In this document: positions 11,001-22,442 of the stretch, piece by piece
Numbering within the stretch: position 1 is the stretch's first letter
Layout of the letters: every line of letters starts with the position of its first letter
Origin: Thelocarpon superellum
Lineage: Eukaryota
Reading direction: 5' to 3'
Length of the DNA stretch: 35,340 nucleotides
NCBI GenBank assembly: GCA_026025795.1
Contig: JAPEUG010000159.1
Span: forward strand, 1-35,340
Made by a program: the position numbers and the translations under genes
Notes under the pieces: generated by a model
What the model saw: the letters and a program-made list of their open reading frames with translations, nothing else
The model's database searches: none
What the model was told of the DNA's origin: nothing

Positions 11001-14000
11001 AGGTCGACTTCAGTCCCCTGTCCGCCTCGCTTGGCACGTTGACGGACGACCACGGTACCCCGGCCGAGAGCGTGACGGGCGTTCAGTCCTTCGTCGACGG
11101 CGTGACCATCTATGCCCATCGCCTCTTCGGGCTCCCACCTGCGGAGCCCACATACGTCTGTAACTGGGACGTGGACGTTGGCGCCATCACGGGCGAATGC
11201 TCGACCGACTTTCTCTTGACGCTCCTCGCCGCCGTGCGTAATTTGGCCTTCACGTTTGAGGACCGCGAGAATGCGTTCCCTCAGAACGCGGTGGTGGAGC
11301 TTCACGATATTACCTTCCTCCGCGCGCGCCTGCAACCAGTGCGCCTGTGGTTCCACACCGGCGATGCCGCGAGTCTCATAGAGACCAAGGCCATCACGCT
11401 CGACTACGACGACTGGGCTGGGTGCGACTTCTCGGCCCGTCTCGACCTCCGCATCCCGGATATCATCTGGGCCTGCGTCAACGCCGAATCTGCCTTGCGT
11501 CACCGTGCCGCTAAAGCCCCCCCCGCCGAGACGCACGCCTACGTGCAGACATCCTTCACTCTCACCATGCTTCATCAGAAGGCCCACGCAGGCCGCGACC
11601 GGAGTCTCCAGCAGCAGCATCTCCGTAACCACGATCAGCGGACCCGCCGAGCCGAGTGCCTTCGGCGGCGACCGGAGCTACTCAGTCACACGGGTGATGC
11701 GCAGGCCTCGCCAATTGATCGCGACGCACCAAATATGCCCTGTCCTCCGCTTCCTGACCCTGTTCGCCCCGACCCTGCGGCGGGATCTGTCCAGCTGCCC
11801 ATGCTCGCGCTGCCGGCGTTCGATCAGGCGGCCTCGTCCGGTCCGCGCTCGGCCTCTTCCCAGGAAAGTCTTCGAAGCGTCCGGCGCCTGACGGATGCCT
11901 CTCGGCTCCAGGCGTGTCCAGATCGTGTCAGCCTTCCCTCCGATGGTCGGCGGTCCACAAGCGTCGTGACGCCGTCTCTTTCGCGGCGCAGTGCCCGCTC
12001 GGAGCCGTGGGCCACCCCGACCGGTGTCCCCACATCACCGCTCGCAGTGCATTCTCCGTCATTGACAGTACCGGGAGTACCCCCATCACGAGTCGCATTC
12101 GCCAGCTCTTTCCTACCGCCCTATTTCTCTCTCGAGACGATCGAGCCTGACTTGAAAGATGTCCCCACCCTCCCCCACTGGTCGGACCCGTTGAGAGATG
12201 AGGACCACGAGCTTCAGGTACCAACGGCCTCAATGCCCGAAGATGACGAGGCGAGTCATACGGGGATCATCATCAAGATGGATACAGGCGTACGGGCCTT
12301 TGTCAATCTCGTCACGCTCCACACAGCGGTGAACTTTCTAGGAGACCTGCAGATCAAGCGACCCATCGATCTACTTGATGCGTTACAGGTGGGCGTCATG
12401 TCACGTATCATCAACGACATGAAGGCCAAGGGCAGTACCAAGACCGTCATGGACCTGAAAGTTGACGTGCCTTGCGTACAGGCGCGAGTCATCAACTTTT
12501 ATGATGCGCCATCAGGGCCGGGCTCCACCTCAGGCGAGGACGTGTACAATGCCTCGCTGTCCCGGCTCTCCATTACGACCCGAACCAAGCTCCACCCGCC
12601 GGAGGAAGGCCGCTTGTGGCACGCCGAGGATTTGCAGGCACTCCAGGTGAGCCTAGGCTCGCTCGATTTCTCCGTCATGGAAAGACTCGAAGGATCTCAT
12701 AGCGTCGATGCCGCTGTACATGGAGGGATTACCGACGTGGCGCTTTCTCTCATCGCGTCGAAGGCGGTCATGGGCCGAGTCCGCCTCGACCATGCCGAGA
12801 TCGCCATGGAGAGCGAGAAGATTGGCTATCTGGCGTCGTTGATCGATCGCACCACCGCCCAGGCCCAGCTCTTGCGCGAGGAGATCCTCGTTCCGGCCAT
12901 CGAGCGCACCAAGCGACTGCGAGATTTGACCGCGGCCCTCGCGCTCGAAGTGACCGGTGTGCCGGACCCGTCGTTCTTGTCGCGACCGTCATATGTGCTG
13001 CGGTCCGCCTCGCATCACCTACGCTCGAGCGACTCGTGGAAGGTCGTCTCTCGCCTACGGCACATGTATCAAAGCCTCGATAGCGCCCACAAGGCTCGGT
13101 TCGACGCGCGCTGCCTGCAGAATGCGGGCCAATCCTCAGCAGACGCACAGCGTCGGGTCCTGGAGATGTTTGAGCAGTGGCGCGGCTGGGAGCTGAGCGA
13201 CGTCCGGCAGAGCAAGGCCCTGCGCGAAATCTTTGGTATATCTGATAAGGCCGAGGCCGCTCATGGCGAGCGCCGGCGTCCCATCGAGGGGCATGCGGTC
13301 GCGACACGTCTCGGTCTGCTCATCGATCCAGGCCCGAAACAGAGCGAGATTGCCCTGCTCGGCCTGGGGGCTGACTACGCGCTCTCCTTGCCGTCTGTGG
13401 GTGTCGCCGGCATCCCGCGCGCGCAGCTGTCGGTGCTCACGTCGCGGGTCGCCATCCGCCTCAATTGGGAGCTGTGTGAGCTCGCCGAACGGCTCGTAGC
13501 CCTCCAACGGGCACGCTTCCTCAAGCATTCCGCCGACCTTGGCCCGCCAAGACCAGTGGCTCAGGAGCCTCCCACCGCGCGTGGATGGGACTTTCATGTT
13601 GTGCTGCGCTCGGATGTGTCAACGGTCGTGCTCGACGGGATCAACGTGAAATCCATCTCGTTGAGCAAAGGGCTTATCGCGTCGGTTGTGGTGGCTGGGA
13701 ACCCGCGACATCCGATGCGCACCGTGACGACTCTGGCCATGCATTCAGACGTGGCATCGACCGAGGTTATGAGCCATGCGCGGGTGCTCACCATCACCAA
13801 GGTGCGCAGCCCAAGCATCTACGCCTCTCATAGCGAGGGCAGCGTGGCCGAGGCCGCCGTGGCCAAGTTCAGCGCGACAGCGCGCGAGCTCTCATTGGAG
13901 GTGGTAGATGAGATGCTGGGCATGCTTGAAGTCATCGATCTTGTCATAGGCGACGAGGTGGCGTATCTTCAACGAGTTATGAGCAGCGCGGTGCCCGCCG

Positions 14001-17000
14001 CCACGGCCGCGCTGCAAGAGCCCGCTGAGGCGCCAGCCCGACCGAAGATCCCGACCAAGATCTACATGGCCTTGTTCCTCGACGTCTACAACCTTACCGT
14101 GGCGCTGCTACCGTCCTTCAAGTACGTCATCTCAGGCCGGGTAGCGCGTACGTCGCTGGCGCCTAATGACATGGGGGACCTCGTCTTCGACTTCGATCTC
14201 AAGCAGCATTCCCACCAAGTGCAAGCCCTGACGAAGGCTGTGCCACACACCGTTTCACTCTTGGACATGCCGCCCATCAATGGCCGGGTCATCTGCCGTT
14301 CCTTGCCTGAGCATCTTGCCTTGGAGGTCTTCGTGACTATCGAAAGCATCATGCTCGATGCCGGCGTCATCCAGCATGTCTTCGAGACGATGACTCGACC
14401 CGAGATCGCCAACACTCTCGACGAGATCTCGCTGGGGATTCGGGCCGTGCAGACACATCTCGGTGCCGTGCGGGCGCCCCCGGACGCGCTCCCCCCGACC
14501 GCCACCGTCGTCGCAAACCGGCTCGTCTACCGAGTGCACCTGACGGCAGCAGGGCTGGGGGTGCATGCCAGCGCGCCTGGGAGCCCAGCCGAGGCGCGGG
14601 CGGCCCATCTGGAATTTTGCTTTGGCAGCGTGCAGCTGCGAGCGACGAACCAGCAGGAGGGGGGGGAGGCAGGTTTAGAATTCCCCGAGATGCAGGTGGG
14701 ACTGCGACAGATCTCCTTGGAGCTACTCCGGTCCGGAGCCGAGGAGTCACGGCCTTGCGGGAGGGTGATCTTTGGTGCATACTTCAGTTGCTCGTCACGC
14801 CCAAATGCTGCGGGTACCCTGGTGCGCGCCTATCACGCCAAGAGCGATGCATTGGAGATCACCGTTGTGCCTGAGACAGCGGCGACCCTGGTGGACGTGG
14901 TGGGCCACCTCCACGAGCGGATCAGCGAGCTCGATCTGTCCAAGGAAGTATCATACTTGCAGCGACTGCGGAAACCCAAGGCCCTGGCCCGACCCGAAGC
15001 CGCGGCGGCCGAGGCGGCGTCGACGGATCTTTTTGGGGCCATATATTCGCTGGACCTCAACCAGATCCAGATCAGCTGGATCGTCGGTCCGCCAACCGCG
15101 GTGACGGCCGTGCGCGAGTCCGAGGATCTTGTCCTGGCTATCAAGCGCATCCACCTGGCCACCAGCAAGGAGAACGCGGCGCGGTTGGTGATTGAGGATT
15201 GCCTCCTGCAGCTGGTGCCCCTGTCGCGGCCGCGGACGGAACGCTCGGTAAACTCGGCGCTGCTGCCGGAGATGGTTTTCAATGTGGCCTACCTCACGAC
15301 GCCCCAGGAGCGGCGACTCGCCTTCCAAGCGGCGGGCAAGTCCCTGGATCTACGCCTGACGTCGCAGTTCCTGCTCGGAGCTAGTGACGTACAACGGTCG
15401 ATCGCGACGGCGACGGGCACGCTTCGCGCGGCGACGGCATCGTGGCACGCCGTCGCGTCGAACGCGCCCAGCACGACGCTGCCGCCATCGATCAACGAGA
15501 GTCGGGGCTTCTTCGGGGCAAAGCGGCTGAGCTCACTGCTCGTGTACGTCGATTTCGCGGGTGCCGTTGTCTACCTGCAAGGACGGCCCGTCGCAGACAT
15601 GACCGAAACGGGTAGGGGCGGGGTGACGCGGGCCGGACGGGTACCGCAGCACGGCCGCTACGGGCAATTCTCGCAGGATGATGCCAGCGGAAGCACGACG
15701 CTGCGGGCGCCGGGCGTGGCGTTCAAGGTGGAATATCGGGACCCCGGCCAGGACGATCCGACGCTCAACGCCGAGATCAAGGTGGATGCCTCCTCCAACA
15801 CCCTCTATCCGACCGTGGTACCGCTGGTGATGGAGATGATGGGCAGCGTCAAGGAGATTGTGCGTACCTCGGAATCGGCGGTGGCCGCGGCGGCCGCCGG
15901 CGCGACGACCTCCACCTCGGCGGTCACGGCCAAGGTCACGCCTTCCAAGTTCCTTGACGATGAGCGGCTCCTGATCAGCGATCCCAGCACTATCCTGGGA
16001 CGCTGTCGGCTCAGCGTGGGCGTGCGCATCTGTCGGCAAGAGTTCAGTCTCAGCTGTCAGCCCATTGCTCGGGTGGCGGCGACGGCGCGCTTTCAAGACA
16101 TCTACATCACCATCAACACCGTCAAGACGACGGAGCATGGCCATTTCTTTGCGGTCGCCGTCTCGTTTACGCATTTGCAGGCGTCGGTGCAACACGTCTA
16201 CTCGCGCGAGTCGACGGGGGAATTTGACGTCGAGTCGATCGTCTTGTCGCTCATGAACAGCAAGCACGTGAGCGGCACCAACGGCATCTCCACCATCCTC
16301 AAGGTCGGTCCAGTCAAGGCGCAGATCAACGCGCGTCAGTTACAGGACTTCTTGCTCTTCCGTGAGATCTGGGTGCCGCCGGAGATTCGACTGACGACGC
16401 CCGCCACGCCATCGCCGACGTTGGAGTCGCAGACGTACCTCATGCAACGCTATCAGCAGGTGGCCGCGGCGGCCGCGTTTCCGTGGAACGCGGCGATTGC
16501 AGTATCGGAGCTGGAGCTCCAGTTGGACCTCGGACAGTCGCTGGGCAAGTCGTCATTTGTGCTGGCAAATCTGTGGGTGTCGGCCAAGAAAGCGTCGGAC
16601 TGGGAGCAAAATCTCTGCTTGGGCTTCGACCGGGTGGGCGTGGATAGCGCGGGCCGGATGAGCGGTTTCGTCGACCTCCAGCAGCTCCGCGTGCGGACGT
16701 CGATCCAGTGGCGCTCGGAGACAGAGGCGATGACGGGGACGCCGCTGATCCAGGCATCGATAGCCGTTGGGCAGCTGCGGCTCAAGGTGGCCTTTGACTA
16801 CCAGGCCTTCCTCGTGGCGGACGTAACGTCCTTTGCCTTTCTCATGTACAATGTGCGCGAGGTGGCGGCGGACGTGGAGCGCGGGGATCGACTCGTCGGG
16901 ACGCTGGACGGCGACCGGGTGCAGGTGTTCTGCACCACGACGAGCGCGGCGCAAGGCACGGCGCTGTACCAAGCCTTGGTGCGATTGGTGCAAGAGAAGC

Positions 17001-17983
17001 GGGCGGCGTACGAGTCATCGCTTAAAGAGATTGAGAAGTTTCTCCGCCGAAGCTCCAATGTGCCCGCGGATGCGGCCAGCCTCGCGACGACGCGCCACGG
17101 GGATGTCCCGGGTGGGGATACGACGGCGGCAACGGCGGCGACACCGGCGTCGTTGTCGCTTCACACCGATGTGGTCGTCAGTCTACGGGCGATCAACGTC
17201 GGGGCATTCCCAAGCACCTTTGCGGACAATCAGATCTTTAAACTCGAGGCGCTGGACGCGCGGGCACGGTTCGCCGTGTCGACAGTGCACGGGCAGATCC
17301 ACAGCCGGCTCGGGCTCACGCTCGGGCAGCTGCGGGTGGCGCTGTCGGCGGTGCGACGGACGGCCGGCACGCACGCGCTCGGCGACGTGGACGTGGGCGA
17401 GGTGGTCTCGAGCGCGACGGGATCGCGGGGGGGGACGATCCTCAAGGTGCCCCGGGTGGTGGCGACGATGCAGACATGGCAGCAGCCGGGCTCGACCCAG
17501 ATCGACTACGTCTTTACGAGCTCCTTGGAGGGCAAGGTGGATGTGGGCTGGAATTATTCGCGCATCAGCTTCATCCGCGGTATGTGGGGTGCCCATACGC
17601 GAGCCCTGGCGGAGCGTCTGGGCAAGCCGCTGGCACCGTCGGCGGTGCGCATCACGGGCGTGCCGGGGCCGGCGCCCGAGACGGGTACGGCGGGCGCGAT
17701 GGAGGCCGTAGTCTCGCCCGACGAGACGCCGGCCGGCGAGCCGCCCAAAATCACGGCGGTGGTGACGGTGCCGCAGTCCAGGTACCAGTACACGGCGCTG
17801 GAGCCACCCATCATCGAGACGCCGCAGTTGCGGGATATGGGCGAGGCGACACCGCCTCTGGAGTGGATCGGCCTACATCGCGATCGGCTGCCCAACCTGA
17901 CGCATCAGATCGTGATCGTGACGCTGCTCGAGGTGGCACGCGAGGTGGAAGATGCGTATGCGCGGATCCTGGGTTCCTCTTGA
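8001..17983 (+). CDS. CSF1: Csf1 (BLTP1/Tweek/KIAA1109 family) bridge-like lipid transfer protein, ~3310 aa; exons 8001-8056 and 8107-17983
   Basis: A 50-nt intron (8057-8106, GTAAGT..CTGAC..CAG) gives the N-terminus FNWIFLVELLVCGILSLFFLYYFNRLFG..SLLGGRIFF..GYITWRYW. Further Csf1-type motifs: GLEWFVYNRS, NYGPWADRQR, YFGEDIHFKTLEEY, HRLFGLPPAEPTYVCNWD, and C-terminal PQLRDMGEATPPLEWIGLHR. Uninterrupted 9.9-kb exon. Confidence 0.93.
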
Positions 17984-18766
17984 TGGCGCATCTTGGAGTG
18001 TTGGGGCCCCTTTTTGGCGTTCAGGGGCAGGTCATAGATGGTCACCGCGAAAGCGGTCCGGCGTGGGGCGGCGCATCTCTCTTTCCCTCCGCTTGATGGA
18101 TCCGGAGCAAAGGTGGACCACACTCTCGTCGGAGTCGTACGAGCAGCAGAGCAGTACGAGCGAAGTAGGTCAGGCCCTTTACACGTCGTGTCCTCCCTGA
18201 GTCAGGCGTTGGTTGCTTTCATATTGTACAATCATCGAGTCATCCCTGGGCCAGTACTAGCGCTGGGACCAGATCCGAGTCTTCCACTGGACGCTCGGCG
18301 CAGAGCGATTTGGTAGCAGCTCGCTATTGACTCACCACTCAAGGCAAGGTCCGCATCGAGCAATGCATCCACCAGGGCGATGATGTGCAGAATTTATGCC
18401 TTTCTATCCCGGTCTGCATTGGTAATGGATCGTTGGAGGGGGGAAGGATGAGTCGCTGTAGACTCGTGGTCCGAGGAGCTACGGGCGGCGGTTTCATCGA
18501 TCCCGGCCCTGGAGTGACTGTTCCAGGGTTTCGTCCTCGGCTGGCACCGGACCCTGCTGTCCACGCGCTAGCTTCATTGGCGCGATTGGCACGAGATTTC
18601 GTCCTAGTTATCCCGCTAGTGGTGGGGTTTCCAGATGAACTGCGGCGGGCGAGGCAACGCTCCACCTGTCTGTTGCGGTGCTGCGACTCGCTGCACCCGC
18701 TGCAGCACTACTGGCGTAGTTCGAATCGGCTGAGTAGAAGTTTGAGTCGTAATATAGTGCTGGGAC

Positions 18767-18786
18767 TCTGACTGCACCAGCCCTGA
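18767..18786 (+). promoter_or_regulatory. Possible Homol-D-like (TCTGACTG) and AGCCCTRA-like elements upstream of EF2
   Basis: TCTGACTG-CACC-AGCCCTGA lies ~370 bp upstream of the EF2 ATG. It resembles the TGTGACTG and AGCCCTAA-type motifs of fungal translation-gene promoters, but each element has a mismatch. Confidence 0.3.
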
Positions 18787-19143
18787 GCCGACCCGCAACG
18801 TCAATTCGCCAGTCGGAAGTGGGATTTATCAGCCACAAACTCCGTCTCCCCACCAGCACGGCCTCCACGACCACCACGCAGATTCGTTCCTTCTGAGACT
18901 TCGTTGGTGCATCTTCTTTAAGACCGCCCCACCTCGCTCGTCAACGTTGATCCATCAACGCCGCTCTCTTCCGCGCACTGTGCCTCCCGATCGTCGCCTT
19001 TGTCGTGATCTCGAGGCTCATCACACCGCATCCGCACCGGTTCCCTTCACAGGACGAGCGAGCCCTCGTCGCTGTACAAAGCGGGATCTCAGGATCCATT
19101 CAACCAACCTCGTCCGAGGAACAAGAACCCCCCCACCGCCACC

Positions 19144-21856
19144 ATGGTCAACTTCACCGTCGAAGAGATCCATGGGCTCATGTCGAAGCCCGCTAATGTG
19201 CGGAACATGTCCGTCATTGCGCATGGTAAGCATGTTCCAGTCGTCGGGCCTGCTCCCTGCTCCCCGCTCCCCCTGCCCCACTCGCCTTCGTCCCCCTTCC
19301 TCCCCCGTCCCTCACCTCTCGTGGGATGGTGGCTAATGCACCCGCCCGTCTTAGTGGACCACGGCAAGTCGACGCTGACCGACTCCCTGGTCCAGCGCGC
19401 CGGTATCATCTCGGCCGCCAAGGCCGGCGAGGCCCGGTTCACGGACACGCGTCAGGATGAGCAGGACCGCTGCATCACGATCAAGTCGACGGCCATCTCG
19501 CTCTACGCCCATCTGCCCGACCCCGAAGACGTCAAGGAGATTCCGCAGAAGACGGAGGGCAACGACTTCCTCATCAACCTCATCGATTCGCCCGGGCACG
19601 TCGACTTCTCGTCGGAAGTGACGGCGGCACTCCGCGTGACGGACGGTGCCCTGGTCGTGGTGGACTGCGTGGAGGGCGTGTGCGTGCAGACGGAGACGGT
19701 GCTGCGCCAGGCGCTGAGCGAGCGCATCAAGCCCGTGTGCATCATCAACAAGGTGGACCGCGCCCTGCTCGAGCTGCAGATCGCCAAGGAGGATCTGTAC
19801 CAGTCCTTCTCGCGTACCATCGAGTCCGTCAACGTCATCGTCGCCACCTACTTCGACAAGACCATGGGTGACGTGCAGGTGGCGCCGGAGCGTGGCACGG
19901 TCGCCTTTGGCTCGGGTCTCCACGGCTGGGCCTTCACGGTGCGTCAGTTCGCGACGCGCTACGCCAAGAAGTTCGGCGTCGACCGCAAGAAGATGATGGA
20001 GCGGCTGTGGGGCGACAACTACTTCAACCCCAAGACCAAGAAGTGGACGAAGCAGGGCACGCACGAGGGCGAGCATCTCGAGCGGGCCTTCAACCAGTTC
20101 ATCCTCGACCCCATCTTCAAGATCTTCGCGTCCATCATGAACTTCAAGAAGGAGGAGACGAAGCAGCTGCTGGAGAAGCTCGAGATCAAGCTCAAGGGCG
20201 ATGACCGGGAGCTCGAGGGCAAGCCGCTGCTCAAGGTGGTGATGCGCAACTTCCTGCCGGCGGCCGACGCGCTGCTGGAGATGATGGTGCTGCACCTGCC
20301 GTCGCCCATCACGGCGCAGCGCTACCGCGCCGAGACGCTGTACGAGGGCCCGACGGATGACGAGGCGTGCATCGGCATCCGCGACTGCGACCCCAAGGGC
20401 CCGCTGATGCTGTACGTGTCCAAGATGGTGCCGACGTCGGACAAGGGCCGCTTCTACGCCTTCGGCCGCGTCTTCTCCGGCACGGTGCGCTCGGGGATGA
20501 AGGTGCGCATCCAGGGACCGAACTACATCCCCGGCAAGAAGGACGATCTCTTCATCAAGGCCATCCAGCGCACCATCCTCATGATGGGCCGGATGATCGA
20601 GCCGATCGAGGACGTGCCGGCGGGCAACATCCTCGGCCTGGTCGGCGTGGACCAGTTCCTGCTCAAGTCGGGCACGCTCACGACGAGCGAGACGGCGCAC
20701 AACATGAAGGTGATGAAGTTCTCCGTCAGCCCGGTGGTGCAGCGCTCGGTGGACGTCAAGAACGCCAACGACCTGCCCAAGCTGGTCGAGGGGCTCAAGC
20801 GGCTGTCCAAGTCGGACCCGTGCGTGCTCACCTACCGCAACGAGTCGGGCGAGCACGTCGTGGCCGGCGCGGGCGAGCTGCACCTGGAGATCTGCCTCAA
20901 GGACCTCGAGGAGGACCACGCGGGCGTGCCGCTGCGCATCTCCGACCCCGTCGTCGCCTACCGCGAGTCCGTGGGCGGCGACTCGAGCATCACCGCGCTG
21001 TCCAAGTCGCCCAACAAGCACAACCGGCTGTACATGGTGGCGTCGCCGCTGTCCGAGGAGGTGGCCAACGACATCGAGGCCGGCAAGATCTCGCCGCGCG
21101 ACGACTTCAAGGCGCGCGCGCGCTTCCTGGCCGATGAGCACGGCTGGGACGTGACGGACGCGCGCAAGATCTGGTGCTTCGGGCCGGACACCAACGGGCC
21201 CAACCTGCTGGTGGACCAGACCAAGGCGGTGCAGTACCTCAACGAGATCAAGGACTCGGTCGTGTCGGGCTTCCAGTGGGCCACCAAGGAGGGCCCCGTG
21301 GCCGAGGAGCCGCTGCGGTCCGTGCGCTTCAACATCATGGACGTGACGCTGCACGCCGACGCCATCCACCGCGGCGGCGGCCAGATCATGCCGACCGCGC
21401 GTCGCGTCCTCTACGCCGCCACCCTGCTGGCCGACCCGGGCATCCTCGAGCCCGTCTTCTTGGTGGAGATCCAGGTGCCGGAGCAGGCCATGGGCGGCAT
21501 CTACGGCGTGCTCACCCGCCGTCGCGGCCACGTCTTCTCCGAGGAGCAGCGCCCGGGCACGCCGCTGTTCAACGTCAAGGCCTACCTGCCCGTCAACGAA
21601 TCCTTTGGCTTCACCGCCGACCTGCGCTCGCACACGGGCGGTCAGGCCTTCCCGCAGATGGTCTTTGACCACTGGCAGATCCTGCCCGGTGGCTCGCCCC
21701 TCGACCCCACCACCAAGCCCGGGCAGATTGTGCAGGCCATGCGCAAGCGGAAGGGTGTCAAGGAAGTGGTGCCGGGCGTGGAGAACGTAAGTGCGACGTC
21801 CTGATGCGTCCGTCCACGTCGACTAACAGGTGTGACAGTATTATGACAAACTCTAG
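19144..21856 (+). CDS. EFT2: Translation elongation factor 2 (eEF2), 843 aa; exons 19144-19225, 19355-21786, 21839-21856
   Basis: [25 protein letters not shown] (after removing intron 19226-19354), [16 protein letters not shown], and the diphthamide loop [13 protein letters not shown]. The last intron (21787-21838, GTAAGT..CTAAC..CAG) yields the canonical end ENYYDKL*. Good ATG context (CCGCCACCATGG). Confidence 0.98.
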
Positions 21857-22442
21857 AGCGGCAACGATCCCGTTCGCTGCGTGACCCCTCTCGTACCGAT
21901 CCTCCCTCGAGATCCTTCCCAACACTGATGGGGCCCATGAGACGCATGATGCGGTGGGGGTGCCTGACGGCCTCCGCCTATGATCCATAGTTAGGATGAT
22001 CCAGAATGCCATGACTGATGCATGAATGAGGGAGTGGTGTGATGTGCATCGTCTCGTGCTTGAGCAGGTCGCTGCTCCACCACGCGAGTCACGGCTCGCG
22101 ACCGCGGGCCGTACGTGTGCACGTGACCGTAGCCCGTCGCTTGCGCCATCTCCAAGAATTTCGATTGTCACGCTTGGCGCTTGGCGGAGTAACAGGAGCA
22201 CCGGGAGCTCACCCGTCAGGCTCTCCAGCATTCACCTTCAGACGCGTGACGTTATGAGAGGTGACGGAATCTTGCTCCTGTCCTCATCTGTCTCTTCATC
22301 TCTGCTCTGGTCCTGCCCCTTCCACGCCTCGGTGATCTTGCTGGCGCCGGCACAAACACCTCACGACCGCTCTCGCTCACGCTTCGGCGATCGAGTGAGC
22401 GCATGAGAGGGCGTTGCCCGGCGACGAGCGACAGCCGCCACG

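Noticed and set aside
19351..21672. 773-aa antisense ORF over EF2 (and similar shadow ORFs over CSF1 and BMS1)
   Set aside because: Explained by extreme GC3 bias removing TTA, CTA and TCA sense codons; no ATG start or domain signal.
21920..22050. Cluster of ATGA/CTGA motifs after EF2 resembling C/D-box snoRNA elements
   Set aside because: No exact RTGATGA box C, terminal stem or recognisable rRNA guide; more simply the EF2 3' UTR. A snoscan/Infernal search would settle it.
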